DNA of 62,734 nt, filler included, from Collodictyon triciliatum (lineage: Eukaryota), in NCBI GenBank assembly GCA_043381765.1. It is 5 parts of 4 records of this genome, joined end to end, with 100 filler letters (N's around TTAATTAATTAA, not from the genome) between each part and the next. Parts side by side here need not be neighbours in the genome. Positions count along the whole stretch, not along the records: positions 14,413 to 25,329 come from JBHJMP010001853.1; positions 25,430 to 39,669 come from JBHJMP010001854.1; 3 more parts are not named here. One strand, 5' to 3'. The notes under the pieces were generated by a model. The model saw nothing but the letters and a program-made list of their open reading frames with translations, was not told the origin of the DNA and searched no databases. Below, piece after piece: positions 15,438 to 34,561 of this stretch. Positions within the stretch are counted from its first letter, which is position 1. The number at the start of each line of letters is the position of its first letter. The translations under genes and the position numbers were made by a program.

Positions 15438-17219
15438 TCATAGTGGTATTTCAGTGTATACCTTGATTGTTCGCTGTTTTAATTCACTTTCGAATCGACG
15501 AATCCAGTTTGCTTCGTCACTTAAGGGCCTGCTGTGCTTGATTCCTTGAGACCACTCATTTCTCAAGTCTTGAATACTCCTACTCAACGCACGGTCAGCA
15601 CGCGAACTATTTCTTCTTTCGATATATTCAGGGTATGTTCGGTAGCGGTAGTGATAGTTTTCTAAAAGTGAGGCTGTAAAAGATTTGCTGATTGACTTTC
15701 CACCGACATCCCTTTTCATTCTTACAAAGTGTGGCCCAAAGTTTTGCATCCCAGCCGCCATTCCAGGTCTTATGATGGATTTTGGAAATGGAGATGATGA
15801 TTTTGTAATATTCCGACACAGCTCTGTGATGAGATGGTCTCTGGTTTTTGGTTTACTGCCACATGGTGCGAATGTTGTCCACTTGACGTGAATATAGTCA
15901 TGATGTTTGTGATGAGCCTCAAGAACAGACAGCACACTATCATACTTTTTATGTGGAACTATAAACTCATCAACATCAATCAGCGCTATCCATTCTGTTG
16001 TTTTCCCGTACCGAGTGATACAATCTGTATATGCCTCAGTTTGCGAGTATGGCAGCTTCCAATCTCTTTTGATGATAATGCCTTTGTAATAATCAACTAC
16101 CTTGTTCATCACTATATCAGGCTGTTCTAAAGGGTTATTATCATATAGTATAAACCTTTCATATCCCACCATCCGATGGTATTCTACCCACTCAACAAGA
16201 TTTTCTCCTTCCATTCGAACGATGGCGCATATAGAAAGTTTGACAGGTTTCAGATTAATTACAGGCGACTCTATTATCAAAAGGGATGGGATGGACATCA
16301 TATCGGGGTGGTAAGCCAACTGTATCATTGTATAATTCGTCACTCTGATTTTTGGTATTGGACAATACGTAAAGCTGACATCGCCTACTTGGGCAGGTTC
16401 AACTTGGAAGACTCCTCTGTTCATATCGGAATACACACAGTAGAGTTGATTGCATCTGTCTTCAAAGATAGAGTTCGGTAAATAAAATGACACCATGAAA
16501 AGGTGAGAATCCTTTTCAGACCTGAGTGATGACTGCACCTGGAAAGAACGCGGTGTTCTTAGTGCGATGTCCAGAACATCACGGCTCAAACTGTGATTCG
16601 GTAAACCTAGTGACACACGCCTGCTTACCCACGAAAAAGTTTTGCAGTCATTGTATGCAGAACGGGGACACGATATGGATTTATCGTTATTACAGACAGC
16701 CACTGTAGTTTGCTTTTCTTGTGTCATATGGCCAGAATGGGTTTTCTTTGTGGCATATGAGCAAAAAATTGGCGAGGTACAGTTTAGGGAAACAGAGGGT
16801 TTGAATTGAACATATGTCATTTTTTTCTGACCGCAGATGTCTACACATGAACTCAAACGGGATTTGCTCCAGTGTACTTTGAATTGTTTTCGCGCCCAAA
16901 GATGTATACTCTTCTCGAAGGGCGTTTCTGTTTTGAATAGATCCTCATTCCCGTCGGGTGAAAAGCGAGGGCCAAAAGCGTTCATTTGAAAGAATGATGG
17001 GCTTCCCAACTTGTAAAGATGTGATGTCCTTATTATGGATTTTAAGTATTCAACTAAAATTGTGATATTGAAGGCAAACACTGCGCGAGATGTAGATTCA
17101 TCAGGGCCCTCGGCGGGGCCACAAAGAAACGTATGTAAATGAACACTTTTGAAATAAAGGGATACACAAACAAAAGCGAAAGTGATAAATATTGCAAGAG
17201 CTCGGTTAGCTTTACTCAT
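15438..17219 (-). CDS. Glycosyltransferase family 92 (GT-A) type II membrane protein
   Basis: N-terminal TM anchor; LSICAIVRMEGENLVEWVEYHRMVG, FILYDNN, QTEAYTDC, EWIALIDVDEFIVP, PKSIIRP, HYRYRT; intronless. Confidence 0.85.
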   Translation of the reverse strand: MSKANRALAIFITFAFVCVSLYFKSVHLHTFLCGPAEGPDESTSRAVFAFNITILVEYLKSIIRTSHLYKLGSPSFFQMNAFGPRFSPDGNEDLFKTETPFEKSIHLWARKQFKVHWSKSRLSSCVDICGQKKMTYVQFKPSVSLNCTSPIFCSYATKKTHSGHMTQEKQTTVAVCNNDKSISCPRSAYNDCKTFSWVSRRVSLGLPNHSLSRDVLDIALRTPRSFQVQSSLRSEKDSHLFMVSFYLPNSIFEDRCNQLYCVYSDMNRGVFQVEPAQVGDVSFTYCPIPKIRVTNYTMIQLAYHPDMMSIPSLLIIESPVINLKPVKLSICAIVRMEGENLVEWVEYHRMVGYERFILYDNNPLEQPDIVMNKVVDYYKGIIIKRDWKLPYSQTEAYTDCITRYGKTTEWIALIDVDEFIVPHKKYDSVLSVLEAHHKHHDYIHVKWTTFAPCGSKPKTRDHLITELCRNITKSSSPFPKSIIRPGMAAGMQNFGPHFVRMKRDVGGKSISKSFTASLLENYHYRYRTYPEYIERRNSSRADRALSRSIQDLRNEWSQGIKHSRPLSDEANWIRRFESELKQRTIKVYTEIPL

Positions 17220-17446
17220 CTTCCAGGATATTTCTTTCTTTTCTTTTTTTAATTAGGTCTGCGTCCGGTTTGAGATGAATAGGGTAAATCTTCGGATTGG
17301 AATACATATTTTTGAGAAAATGCTATTAGTTGAATGCATTTACACACGTGAGAGAATGATATGGTTAATAATTATTGTTCTTGCTGAAATATTACCATCA
17401 ACTAGATGCTAGAAAAATAAAGTGGGTACATTTTAATGCCAACTAA

Positions 17447-17492
17447 CAATTACAATTACAATTACAATTACAATTACAATTACAATTACAAT

Positions 17493-17586
<94 letters not shown>
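17447..17586. repeat. (CAATTA)n-(AAT)n compound microsatellite
   Basis: Direct reading. Confidence 0.97.
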
Positions 17587-17588
<2 letters not shown>

Positions 17589-18261
17589 GTGACATATTAC
17601 TATAATATGACAAAATATGCACTACATAGGCAGCTGTAAACCATTTCATTTAGGTAGCCATGTGAAGGAGGGATAGCCCAGGGAAATGTGAATTATTCAT
17701 GATTAAAATGCACCATAAAAAAAGGGGGTTTCCATAATACTTATTCTCTCTGGCGAATGAAAATCGTCGCTGTATGAAGAGCACTGATTTTTCAAAAAGG
17801 GTATAACAAAAAGAAATAAATGAGAAAGAAAAGAGAAAGAAAAAGAAAAAGAAGGAAAGAAAAATGAAAAATGAAAAATGAAAAAAGAAAAATGAAAAAA
17901 GAAAAATGAAAAATGAAAAAATGAAAAATGAAAAATTAAAACAAGAAAAAAGAAGAGAAAAGAAAAAAGAAAAGAAAAAAGAAAAGAAAAAAGAAAAGAA
18001 AAAAGAAATAGAAAAAAGAAAAGAAAGAAAGAAAACGAAGGAAAACGAAGGAAAAGGAAAAGGAAAAGGAAAAAGAGAGGAAACCCTTGGTACGATCAAA
18101 AAACCCAAACACAAAACTAAAAAGAGTGTATGAATGTCTGTCCATCCTCTCTGAGGCAAACACTCGAGCTGCCTTCGCAACATATCCACACGACAGCAGA
18201 TCGATACCGACATACTAAGTGCGTACAGGAGTCCAGCTTTCATAGACACTTTTCCAGAACA

Positions 18262-18500
<239 letters not shown>

Positions 18501-19263
18501 AATCCTCGAGCTGTAATACTCTACCACGTTTTCCCTCTCAACAAGAGTGCATGACTGAAGTGCAGGTGTCCCTCTGTCCTCCAGACAAAGTATTACGTAT
18601 CTCGCAACTCCATTAATATATATATATATATATACAAGAACAGAAGAACCTGTGGGCGTGTAAGAAAACGCTTCGATGTCCTCCTTCTTGGCATCCAAGC
18701 CGATGTCCTATTCTCTTTTTCATCCAACACCGCGTGCCTTGCTAGAGTGGCTGTTTGATTAAAAGATGACGAAGCAATCTTGTAGAAGAGAAAAAAAAGT
18801 CTGAACTATCGAAATCGCAAACGGAGAGAAAATATATGTTAGAGAATAAGAGAATATGGATGTCATTTATTCCTCCAAGTGTCCTTCATATATCGTCTCT
18901 GAGTGAAGTTAAAGATTAGAGCCAACTTTATCGAAAGAAATATGATTGTTTTCTTGTTTTTTATTGCAGCCGATTTTTGAATGTAAAAGGAAAATGGAGG
19001 AAAAAATGGAAAAGGAGAAAAGAAAGGAAAAGGAAAGAAAAGAAAAGAAAAGAAAAAAAAGCGACCAATCGACTCACAATGATTTTTTTCTTTTGATGAT
19101 AAGAAAAATGCAAGAAAAAATTCAAGTCGGCTTGATGCAAAATCTAAATGACTTGAGTTGGATATGCTTTGGTTTTTCCGCAGAATTTTGTTTGATGAGG
19201 GTACGGACACACTTTTGAGGAATCCGTGTGCCAGGACAGGCTTAGATATTGTCAGCCTACTCT

Positions 19264-25329
<6,066 letters not shown>

Positions 25330-25429
25330 NNNNNNNNNNNNNNNNNNNNNNNNNNNNNNNNNNNNNNNNNNNNTTAATTAATTAANNNNNNNNNNNNNNN
25401 NNNNNNNNNNNNNNNNNNNNNNNNNNNNN

Positions 25430-25605
25430 TCTTCTTTCTTCTTTCTTCTTTCTTCTTTCTTCTTTCTTCTTTCTTCTTTCTTCTTTCTTCTTTCTTCTTC
25501 TTTCTTCTTTCTCCTTTCTTCTTTCTTCTTTCTTCTTTCTTCTTTCTTCTTTCTTCTTTCTCCTTTCTCCTTTCTCCTTTCTCCTTTCTCCTTTCTCCTT
25601 TCTCC
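25430..25605. repeat. (TTCTTCT)n/(TTTCTCC)n polypyrimidine repeat at contig edge
   Basis: Direct reading. Confidence 0.95.
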
Positions 25606-25772
25606 ACTCTTCTTCATCTTCATTACATTCTTTTGAAACTTTCATTTATTTAACAACGCAAATGAACCCTGTTCATGTTTGATAACCTGGAGTACCAATT
25701 AAAAAGGACACTGAAAGCTCAACATAACTATGCAAATATGCAAACATTCGAAAATTAAATTAGGAGACGGAA

Positions 25773-28700
25773 ATGGACGACATGACTCAAAATTGGCTAG
25801 CCAATGAGTTTTTAACCCCAGGATACATGGTTGAAGATGAAGATGACTCTGCGAGTGTAAGCTCGGATGAGGGAATCACTGGCGAAGAAAGCAAAGTATG
25901 GGTCATATACTTTCATTTCTTTATTTTATTATGTGTATGTAATCATCATAACCACTCTGCCTGTAAAAATCATTACCCAGCTAAAAAGTGCACAATCGTC
26001 GAGGCTCCATTCCATAGAGGAGGTTATTTTCAATCGCACATGAATAAATGTGACCATGCAGCAGCAATTCAAGAATAACATAAATTTTCGTAATCTAGAC
26101 AACAACGACCGAAGAGAATGGGATGTATGAACACGATGCGTAAGTATATTTTTTAAATGGCATCTCTTATTTCCCTTTAATTTGACCACGGGTTTCAACT
26201 TTTATCCCATACAAGAGATACTCATGTGAAGGAAGTGAAGAGGGACTCGTCTGTAAATGGTACGTTCTGTATGCAAACTTATCCAAATTTGAACTCTACA
26301 TCATGTATGCGGTATTTTTATGAACTGATAGTTGAGTGACTAATGAAGTTTTCTTTTTATTCTATAAAGAAAAACCGAAATACAAATCAAGACCTGAAAT
26401 GAAATCAAAACCTGGCTCGTCCCTGGCAAAATCATCAAAGTACTTTTTTTTTTTTTTGTTTAAGCACGAACTGAAAGTGTGCCTAAAATTACGTCATGCA
26501 TAATATACTGAGAGAATTTCTCCCTGTTTTTAAATTGATTACTTTGCTATCCATGTATACAGTCAAGGAGGCCATGTTTCAAACAAGAAGCGGCATCTAT
26601 CATTCTCTGCTCTGTTTTCATCAGAAATAATTCCAAAAATTCCTACCACTGTGCTTGAAGAGCTTCAGTCTCAATCCTACGATATTTTTTCGCGTAGCTT
26701 CGATGAGCTGAAGAAATGTGTTATTTATATTTTTCAAGTAACTTCTTTATTTATTTTCGACACTTACCTGTTCTATAATACAATTTTTTTTTCGTCAGAT
26801 TTACAAAATTTTGTAACATGCTCCCCAAATGTTACTCCTTGAAAAAGCTATATATTAGTATAAACAATAACTAATAAAATCACGCAAAAAACTACAAACT
26901 AACCTTTAATTAAATACAGGACCTAGGTTTGCTAGAGAGCTTTTTAATTCGACCTAGCATCTTATACAATTTTCTCAACAGCCTCAGCGACGAGTAATTC
27001 CAATAACCCCAGAACGATATGTCTACTTTAAATAAAAATTCGACAATCAAACATGAAACAAATTGATTGCAATTTATTTGTGATTTCGTTTTATATGTTT
27101 CTACTCAAGATATCGGCCAAACCCCTACCACAACTTTCGTCATGCTATCGACGTGACACAGACTTTATATTTTTACATCAGCAAGACGAACATACGGTAT
27201 TTCTTTTTCTTCCTCTATTGCTATTCCCGACCAAACTTATACTTCACTTTTTCCCTTTTATTCAATTCAAAGAACTTCTACTTTGATTTTAATTATTATA
27301 TTACAGAGAAATATTGCAACCAATCGACATATTGTCCGTCATGCTTTCTGCGTTGGGCCATGATGTTGGTCATCCAGGACAAGTCTGCATCCTTTCTAGT
27401 TTCTGAAAAGCAAAAAATATCAAGGGAATCATTTCATCCTAATTGTTTTTAAATAATCCCTTGCACAGCTCATTTAAGCAAGAAATTATCAATATTTTCT
27501 CCTATAAAGCCACTCAAATATCCTAATCCGATAGAATAATACATTTCAAGTAAACACACAGTCTGAATTTGCAAGGATATACAACGACATGTCAGTGTTG
27601 GAAAATTATCATGCAGCGAAGACATTCGAACTTCTTCGTCTCAAAGAGTATCCAGTCCAAGAAATCAATAAAGATACAAGTACACTCAATTTTTAACACG
27701 ATGATTTTCACACATTTATATTATTGTGAAATCATAATCGAGTATCTCACTCTTTTGCGCTGATATAATATTCCTATTCAGATGCCTTCTTGACATACAT
27801 CACGCGGAAAAGAGCTGGCGGGTTCGACAACGACCCAATGAGCACAAATTTTATACAGCCACTTTCTGTCGCACAGTTCAAAGAGGTATATATATATAGA
27901 TGAAGGACACATCGCCACAGTGAAAATTAAATATTATCGCAGATTGTGCATGTTTGAACGTCACTTATCCAATCTTCTGAGACGATAAGTTGGTGAAATA
28001 TTGAATGTTCAACACTACCAATATAAACAGGTTCGAAAAAGCACAATCAATATGATTCTTTCGACGGACATGTCCAAACACTTTGATATGACTGCAAAGC
28101 TAAGCGGTTTGGTGAAAAAGGTTTGACCTGTGTTAATCAACGAGCACTTTGATTACGTTCAAAAACCTCATTCAAAACACATCGGTTTATCTTGGAAACC
28201 TTGACTCTTTTAGATCGAAGTAGACGGAGAGATGCTTTCTCCTGAAAGAAGAGAAGACAGGTATATATCAATTGAATATGTGTGCTCGACAAAGCATTTA
28301 AAATATAGGTTTGGTCTTTAATGATTAAGTGTCCGTTGCGTTATCATTTTTGCAAAAATATTAAATTATCCAGTACTAACGCTGTCTTCAAAACCACCAG
28401 GGAGTTTCTTTGCTCTGTTTTGCTGCATTGTGCCGATATTTCCAACGTAACAAAGCCATTTACCATCAGTAAATATTGGGCCGATTGTGTCAGAGACGAA
28501 TTCTACCAACAGGTTTGTCACAGGATGTTTTTTCGATTTACCTCTCTGAATCTTTTGAATATATCTTAAACACGAATTTGCAGCTGTGATAAAGTTTATG
28601 TGCTGGTTCAAAGTATCCCAGCGATACATACTTCTACGGAATAATTAAGGCAAATAAGGATACTGTTATATTTGGCTGATTTTTTATGTCATCAATTCAT

Positions 28701-31374
28701 AGGGAGACTTCGAGAGGTCATTTGGCTTACCAATATCTCCATATATGGACCGAGAAGACTCCAATCAGGTATTTACCCTTATAACTCGTGATTTTTACAT
28801 TAACCAATACGATTTTTATGCAGCCCTCTTTATTTTGATTTGCAGGAGAAACGATATGGAGGCAGTGCATAAAATTGCATGCCTTTTTGTTTTCAGAAGC
28901 AACCTTCAAAATCAAATATCAATAATAGGCCCGAACAACCCTAAACTTCATCGATTTTGTGGCGACGCCCATATTCTCATCTCTTTCGGTATTGGTACGA
29001 GGATTCGAGGAGATAAATGCGGCTTTGCTCCACAACCGCGAAAAGTGGCAGCAGGTTCTGGAAAATCAGCTGTCTTCACCTGCACAAGTGCATGTCCAAA
29101 ACGATGCTTCTCGGTTACAGATCAATGGAATCAACAAAGAGCCTTCGATGGAGATTAAAAATGACCAAGCAATCGAAAGTCAAGCAAATGAATCACTTGT
29201 GCCGTCGAAACCTACTAGTCAAATCACACAAGACACAACTGCGTCCGAGAACACTCAAAATGTGAATCAAAAAACACTGGACGCCCGCGGTAAAGATGCC
29301 TTCATTGTTATGTTGTTCTTTCTATAACAAAAAAAAACCCCCAAATATATATAAACTGTGCAAAAGTTATCCCGGGTCGATCAACTATTTTGCCTTAGAA
29401 AAAGAAAAAGAAATATACCGGCGACGTAGTTTGTTGGTTATTCAACAGGTGAATCAGGTAAATATCAATCATTTGATTTGCTTCACATATGCAGGTGCTT
29501 TGAATTACACCAATTTTTTTTTGAATTCGCTCATAGCCGGTTTCTGCAGGTGATATTATCTGAACAATCATTTTTAAAAGGCCGATGCAACATCAAAAAG
29601 ACTTATCGCGCGTGGGGTGACCCCAAATTCCATCGAGCAGACGGTATCGAAGTTCTCGCCCTTGTTATCTCTTCAGCTGTCAAAGGTACACCAGGAAAAG
29701 AGTAATGAATCAAATTCTGTTGGACTCTCAGACACGTCCAGATACAGCGCTAGGTAGCTATGAATAATTGCACCAAGTTTTCTGTTTTTTTCTAAAAAAA
29801 AGAATAAAAAAAATTACACTCCACCTTTTTTTTTTCAGGAAAAATAAAAAACACAGATGGGTCGATGTATTGCATCCTTTTGAATATTTTTTGTTACCCA
29901 ATTTTTCCGTTTATTTTTATTAAACTAAAATATCTTTGTGATAAAGGAAACAAAGTATTTCTCTCTCTGCTCGAGAAGCTGCGATGAATTCAGCCAGAAG
30001 AAAAGTACTATTATCATCACATATTGTATATATTTTTAAAGTATCTCACCGTATCAGACCCATCTTACCATCTGAACATGTGTTAGGACTCCGCTAGTGT
30101 TCATGCGAGCCAAAGGTGAGTTTGATGGACATATTTTCGACTTTGCGTCTACATTTATTCCCAAATGGAATAAGCAGATTCATTAAAACAATTTTGAATA
30201 ATCTAAAAAAAATTGCTGACTAACTTAGGAGCCTACATGAAAGTGGCTTCTCCAGCACAAATGATGTATTTATACTTACAGATAATTAATACATTTTCGA
30301 ACTCTGAGTCGGTGGACTTTATTTATAAGTTGGACAAATCACACCAAAATTTGAGTCTTCATAGAAATCACACTCATAAACGTATGAAACCACATCCAGA
30401 AATCATCCTTGATTTTTTCGTTGGGAGATAGTGACATATTCGCCAAGGGCTTGTAAGTTTCCCTCAATCAAAATCTGAAAGAGAAAAAATGTAATAAATT
30501 ACATTCACATTATGATACATAAACCAGAAGTAGAGCTGAAGCCCGTCATTTTTATCATTATCATTTTTTTTATCAAAAAAACCTTAAAAACATCAAAATC
30601 TTGGTTCGATGCTTCAAAATCAAGTGAGCTATCCCTTCATGTGTTTTAGCTTTTCTATTTCAATACATCAATATTTTATGATGGAATTCTGTTAGAATGT
30701 TCCGTAATTGTAAGCTGGGGATATATGAAGGGCATCTATGTCATAAATATTATTTTTCAAAAAAAAAAAAAACAGAGAGGTAAATCCGCAGAGTTTGCAA
30801 TCTCCCCCAAGCCACCATCCAGTGTTCCTCTTACAGGACCAATGAGGTTTTCATTCGAAACATACATAAATACGCAGACGCATAAGTAGATACGCCTTTT
30901 GATGTGCCCCTCAACTACCAAACTTTTCTTGCCACCACATGTTTATCATCACTCAGAGATCGTTGTGAAATCTATTGTCTTTTTCTTGATTTAAGTAAAC
31001 GTTCGAGCCATAAAACTTTGCCATTTCAGTCGTCCATACTGCTTTTTATTCGCGATATTTGTATACTATTTCCATCACCATTCAACCAAAGATGAAAAGA
31101 TGAAAATTAGCCTCTTATCGACTTGTTAAACAGAGGTGGGCGCAAATCACTCCCACAGGCACCAAACACCCCAGGCACATCCGGAGCTCAGTCCCATAAT
31201 GCGGGAGCAATACCACAGAATCGCAGGTTTGATAAGACGACGAGTGTATCGGCCCTCGGACTGGTGACCTCTGAAGGACAACGCACAAACTCATCGACTC
31301 CAAACACAGCCCAGATTTTGCCAGGAAGGCTGCGGGGTTCAAAGTTTAAAGGTATGAGCAGCTTTCATTCTTAA
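25773..31374 (+). CDS. Class I cyclic-nucleotide phosphodiesterase, multi-exon (catalytic domain ~26900-29060; both ends approximate)
   Basis: Exons encode NPYHNFRHAIDVTQT, ALGHDVGHPG, YNDMSVLENYH, MILSTDMSKHF, LLHCADISN...WADCVRDEFYQQGD, FIDFVATP; low-complexity exons appear to continue to ~31350. Confidence 0.85.
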
Positions 31375-32298
31375 AATCATAAATAAAAAAATCAAAAAAA
31401 AAAAAAACAATACGTACAGCTTAGTTGACTCTACGCCATGTGTCAATTATGTGAGGGTGAAAGTGAAATAAATTTATTCAAGCAAAGTCTGGGGAAAACA
31501 AAAATGCACACATACTTAAAAATACGAGATGAAGTAAAAAAAGCAAAAAAAAATAAAAAAAATAAATAAGTCTGACCATATTTTCGAATTCTCTTTTCCA
31601 CCATCACATGATTATTATGTGCAATCTTCACATAGAGGAGGATTCTGTTGAGCACAATCCCTCTCTTGGCAACATAACGTTTGCAAGCACATCGAACCAA
31701 ACACGGAGGAGAACCATCGACGATGTGTGAGTAGCACATCATCTCAATTGGCAATATTTATGTGTATCACGACACAGACAGATATGATATGAATCTCAAA
31801 CGAAAGGCAAAGAGCCGGAGAGCATTTCCTCGTTACAAATTACATTGTTTCGCAGAATCTAAAACGCACGTATATTCCTCACGAAACATAATCATTGCGC
31901 AATCTTTTGCTTGCATAGAGACGATAATATTCTGCCTGGTGGCAAATCCCTTCCACCGCTGCGAGGCAGCCAAACGCGGCGAAGTGTCCATGGGGCATGA
32001 AACACTCGAGAAAATATCAAAAGAGCAAAGACAAGTGTGAGTCGGCCAAGTCACCAGAGAGGAATCATCTCATTTCAAGATGATGCACACACGCAGCCAA
32101 ATAGTAACCGGTTTACACAAAGAAAAAAAACAAAAAAGGAGAAAACGATTCCATTAAGTACAACAACAGAGAGCAGAAGCTGAAGATAGATATTCCCCAA
32201 ACCACAATACATAGGCTATTACTGTAACTAATAAACAAAACAAAACAAAAGAACCAAAAAAAGCCAAAACAAAGAATGACCACCGATGAATAAGCCAT

Positions 32299-32873
32299 TT
32301 ATGCATCCAAGTCAGACTCGAGGATTTTGATCTTGGCCTCTGCGCGTGCAAGCTTGGCCTCCAACTCCTTGACCTTCTTGGCCGCGTCCTCCACTTGGCT
32401 CTCGGCCTTGTCTGCCCGCAACTCGGCCACCTTTACTTTGCGCTGCGCCTCCTCTGCCCGTAGTTCGGCCGCTGTTGTTTTGTTGGACGAGTCTCGCGCG
32501 TTCGCCTCGGCTTTGTCTCGCTCGGCTTCGGCCTGTGCAAGCTTGGACTGCAGATTGCGGATGGTGATCTGCGCCTCGCCGAGTTGACTCTGCACATTGC
32601 CGGCACTCTTTGACTCCTGTTTGATAACTCGTCGAGTGAGTCGAACCGAGAGAAAGTTTTTCTTTTTGAGGTTTTTTTTTGTGTGTGATTGAACACATAG
32701 AAAAGAGAATAGGGGGCTGCGACAAGTGTGAAAGCGACACAGAGTGGGGAAATGACCTGCTCTGCTTGAGACGCCTGCAACTTTGAGATTTTGCTTTGTG
32801 CCACTTTGAGCTTAGTCTCTGCTGCTTCGGCGCGGAGAAGAGCCTCTTCGAGTTGTGTTTGGAGGTTTGCCAT
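32299..32873 (-). CDS. Short tropomyosin-like coiled-coil protein, 2 exons
   Basis: Exon 1 32873-32757 (39 codons, GT donor); exon 2 from ~32616 or 32589 to 32299; continuous A/E/K/L heptads. Confidence 0.65.
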
Positions 32874-33461
32874 CAGCGCTGTTCTGGCTGTTTTGTAAGG
32901 TTTGTTTCAGAGGAGGGGTGAGTGGTGATGATGAAGACAGGGGGATTTATTCATGGGGCTGAGTGGGCTGTTTTCTTTCTTTTTGTTCTTATTCTGATTT
33001 ACTGCTTCTGCAAGCTTGCCTTTTGTGATTGTGTTTGAGAAGCTCGGCTGAGAGCTGGCTGTATTAGCGCAGCGATATGAAACTTGGATTCCAAAACTAC
33101 ACACAACAAAGACATGCGGAGTCCTCATACCCAATCAATATTCCGCATGTAGAGAATTTAAGGGAACACTCTATCGGTGCGCACCAATTTGCATAAAGTT
33201 TCGTATAATCCGCACCTGCCGACACAAACCAGATCAGCCGAAGATGAATCAGCCTTCCAGCCCACTCGCCACACAAATCGACCTGCTTCAACACAGGCCA
33301 ACCCCAGAAGCCAACTAAACCACGTGCAGGAGCCCATAAACCCACACAGACGCCAAACAAACCAGACACAAAAATAATGAAAATAAAGGCCTGCATCCTT
33401 CCTGAGCCTCTAGCAGTACCCACAGCCTCGAACTCACGGATTTATCACACACAGGACAAGG

Positions 33462-34370
33462 ATGTCCTCGTCTTCGTCTTCGTCCTCGTCTTCGTCCTCG
33501 TCTTCGTCTTCTCCAACACACCAGCCGAATCGGCGCCACAGACCATCAACCGCCTCCAAGCGTGACCTGTCCGCCATAGCCGCCGCCGTGGCTGCCACGA
33601 GTGCCGCCTTCGCACCCACAAGCAAGGAGGCAAAACCGAACACAAAGACAAACACAAGCACAGAGACAGAGACCGAGAGAAAGAAAGAGAACGAGAACGA
33701 GACAGACGCGAGGCCAAAGCGAGGGTGCCCATTCTGCAAAGGCCACGCAGCACAAAGGCCGCGTCCAGCAGAAAGCAACGCACTGCCATCGTTGCGGCAA
33801 CAGCTGCTGGACTCGATGGCCTTTGCGCAGCGCACGTGGCATGAACGCTACTCGGGAGTCGGAGCGCCATCTGCACAGACGCCGGACGCGGACTACCAGA
33901 AGTACGCCAGCGCGCAGCTCCACCGATTCCTCGACACCGCCTTCCTGCCGCGTCTGGCCCACAACGCCTGGTCCACGCCGGCTCCGCCCAGTCCGCCCAG
34001 CTCGCCCGACCCGCCTTTCCGCCTGACTCGTGTGTGGGCTGTGCCTGCTGCTGCTGCTTTTGATGACGCTCGTGATGCTCGTGATGATGATGATGATGCC
34101 CGTGATGAGAACGCGCCTCAGGCAAAGGCCTCTTCCTTCCAGCGCAAGGCAGAGACGCTGTCCAGACAGTCCGCGAAGCATCGCACGCCAAACGCCCTGC
34201 GGAGACGTGATGAAAGGGCGCGACGGGACGCTGGTATCAGGAGCGCAGGTTCTGGTCACAGTGATGACGACAGTGATGATCACGCAAGAGAGGAGCGCAG
34301 GCGCGTGTTGGCTGCCATGGCTGTGGATGGCGCAGAGATTCAGAGGCAGGCGCGCCACAGTACAAAGTGA
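33462..34370 (+). CDS. Hypothetical protein (302 aa, GC-rich, intronless)
   Basis: ATG-to-TGA ORF coinciding with a GC-rich island; poly-S N-terminus, CPFC motif; no family recognised. Confidence 0.55.
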   Translation: MSSSSSSSSSSSSSSSSPTHQPNRRHRPSTASKRDLSAIAAAVAATSAAFAPTSKEAKPNTKTNTSTETETERKKENENETDARPKRGCPFCKGHAAQRPRPAESNALPSLRQQLLDSMAFAQRTWHERYSGVGAPSAQTPDADYQKYASAQLHRFLDTAFLPRLAHNAWSTPAPPSPPSSPDPPFRLTRVWAVPAAAAFDDARDARDDDDDARDENAPQAKASSFQRKAETLSRQSAKHRTPNALRRRDERARRDAGIRSAGSGHSDDDSDDHAREERRRVLAAMAVDGAEIQRQARHSTK

Positions 34371-34561
34371 ACCGCCGTTGTCTTCATTCTGTCATCATTC
34401 ATTCTTTTCTTTTCTTTAATCGAGTCATCAATCAACCGCACAACAAAACTGCAATGGAAAAAAAGAAAACAATAAAACAGCTCAAAGGATAGGCCAAAAA
34501 GAAAAAGAAAATGAAAAAGGAGGGAGGGAGGCTGAAGAGGAGTTTGGGATGCGACAAGCGG

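Noticed and set aside
33434-34358. Long antisense ORFs over the GC-rich island
   Set aside because: Explained by stop-codon scarcity in GC-rich coding DNA
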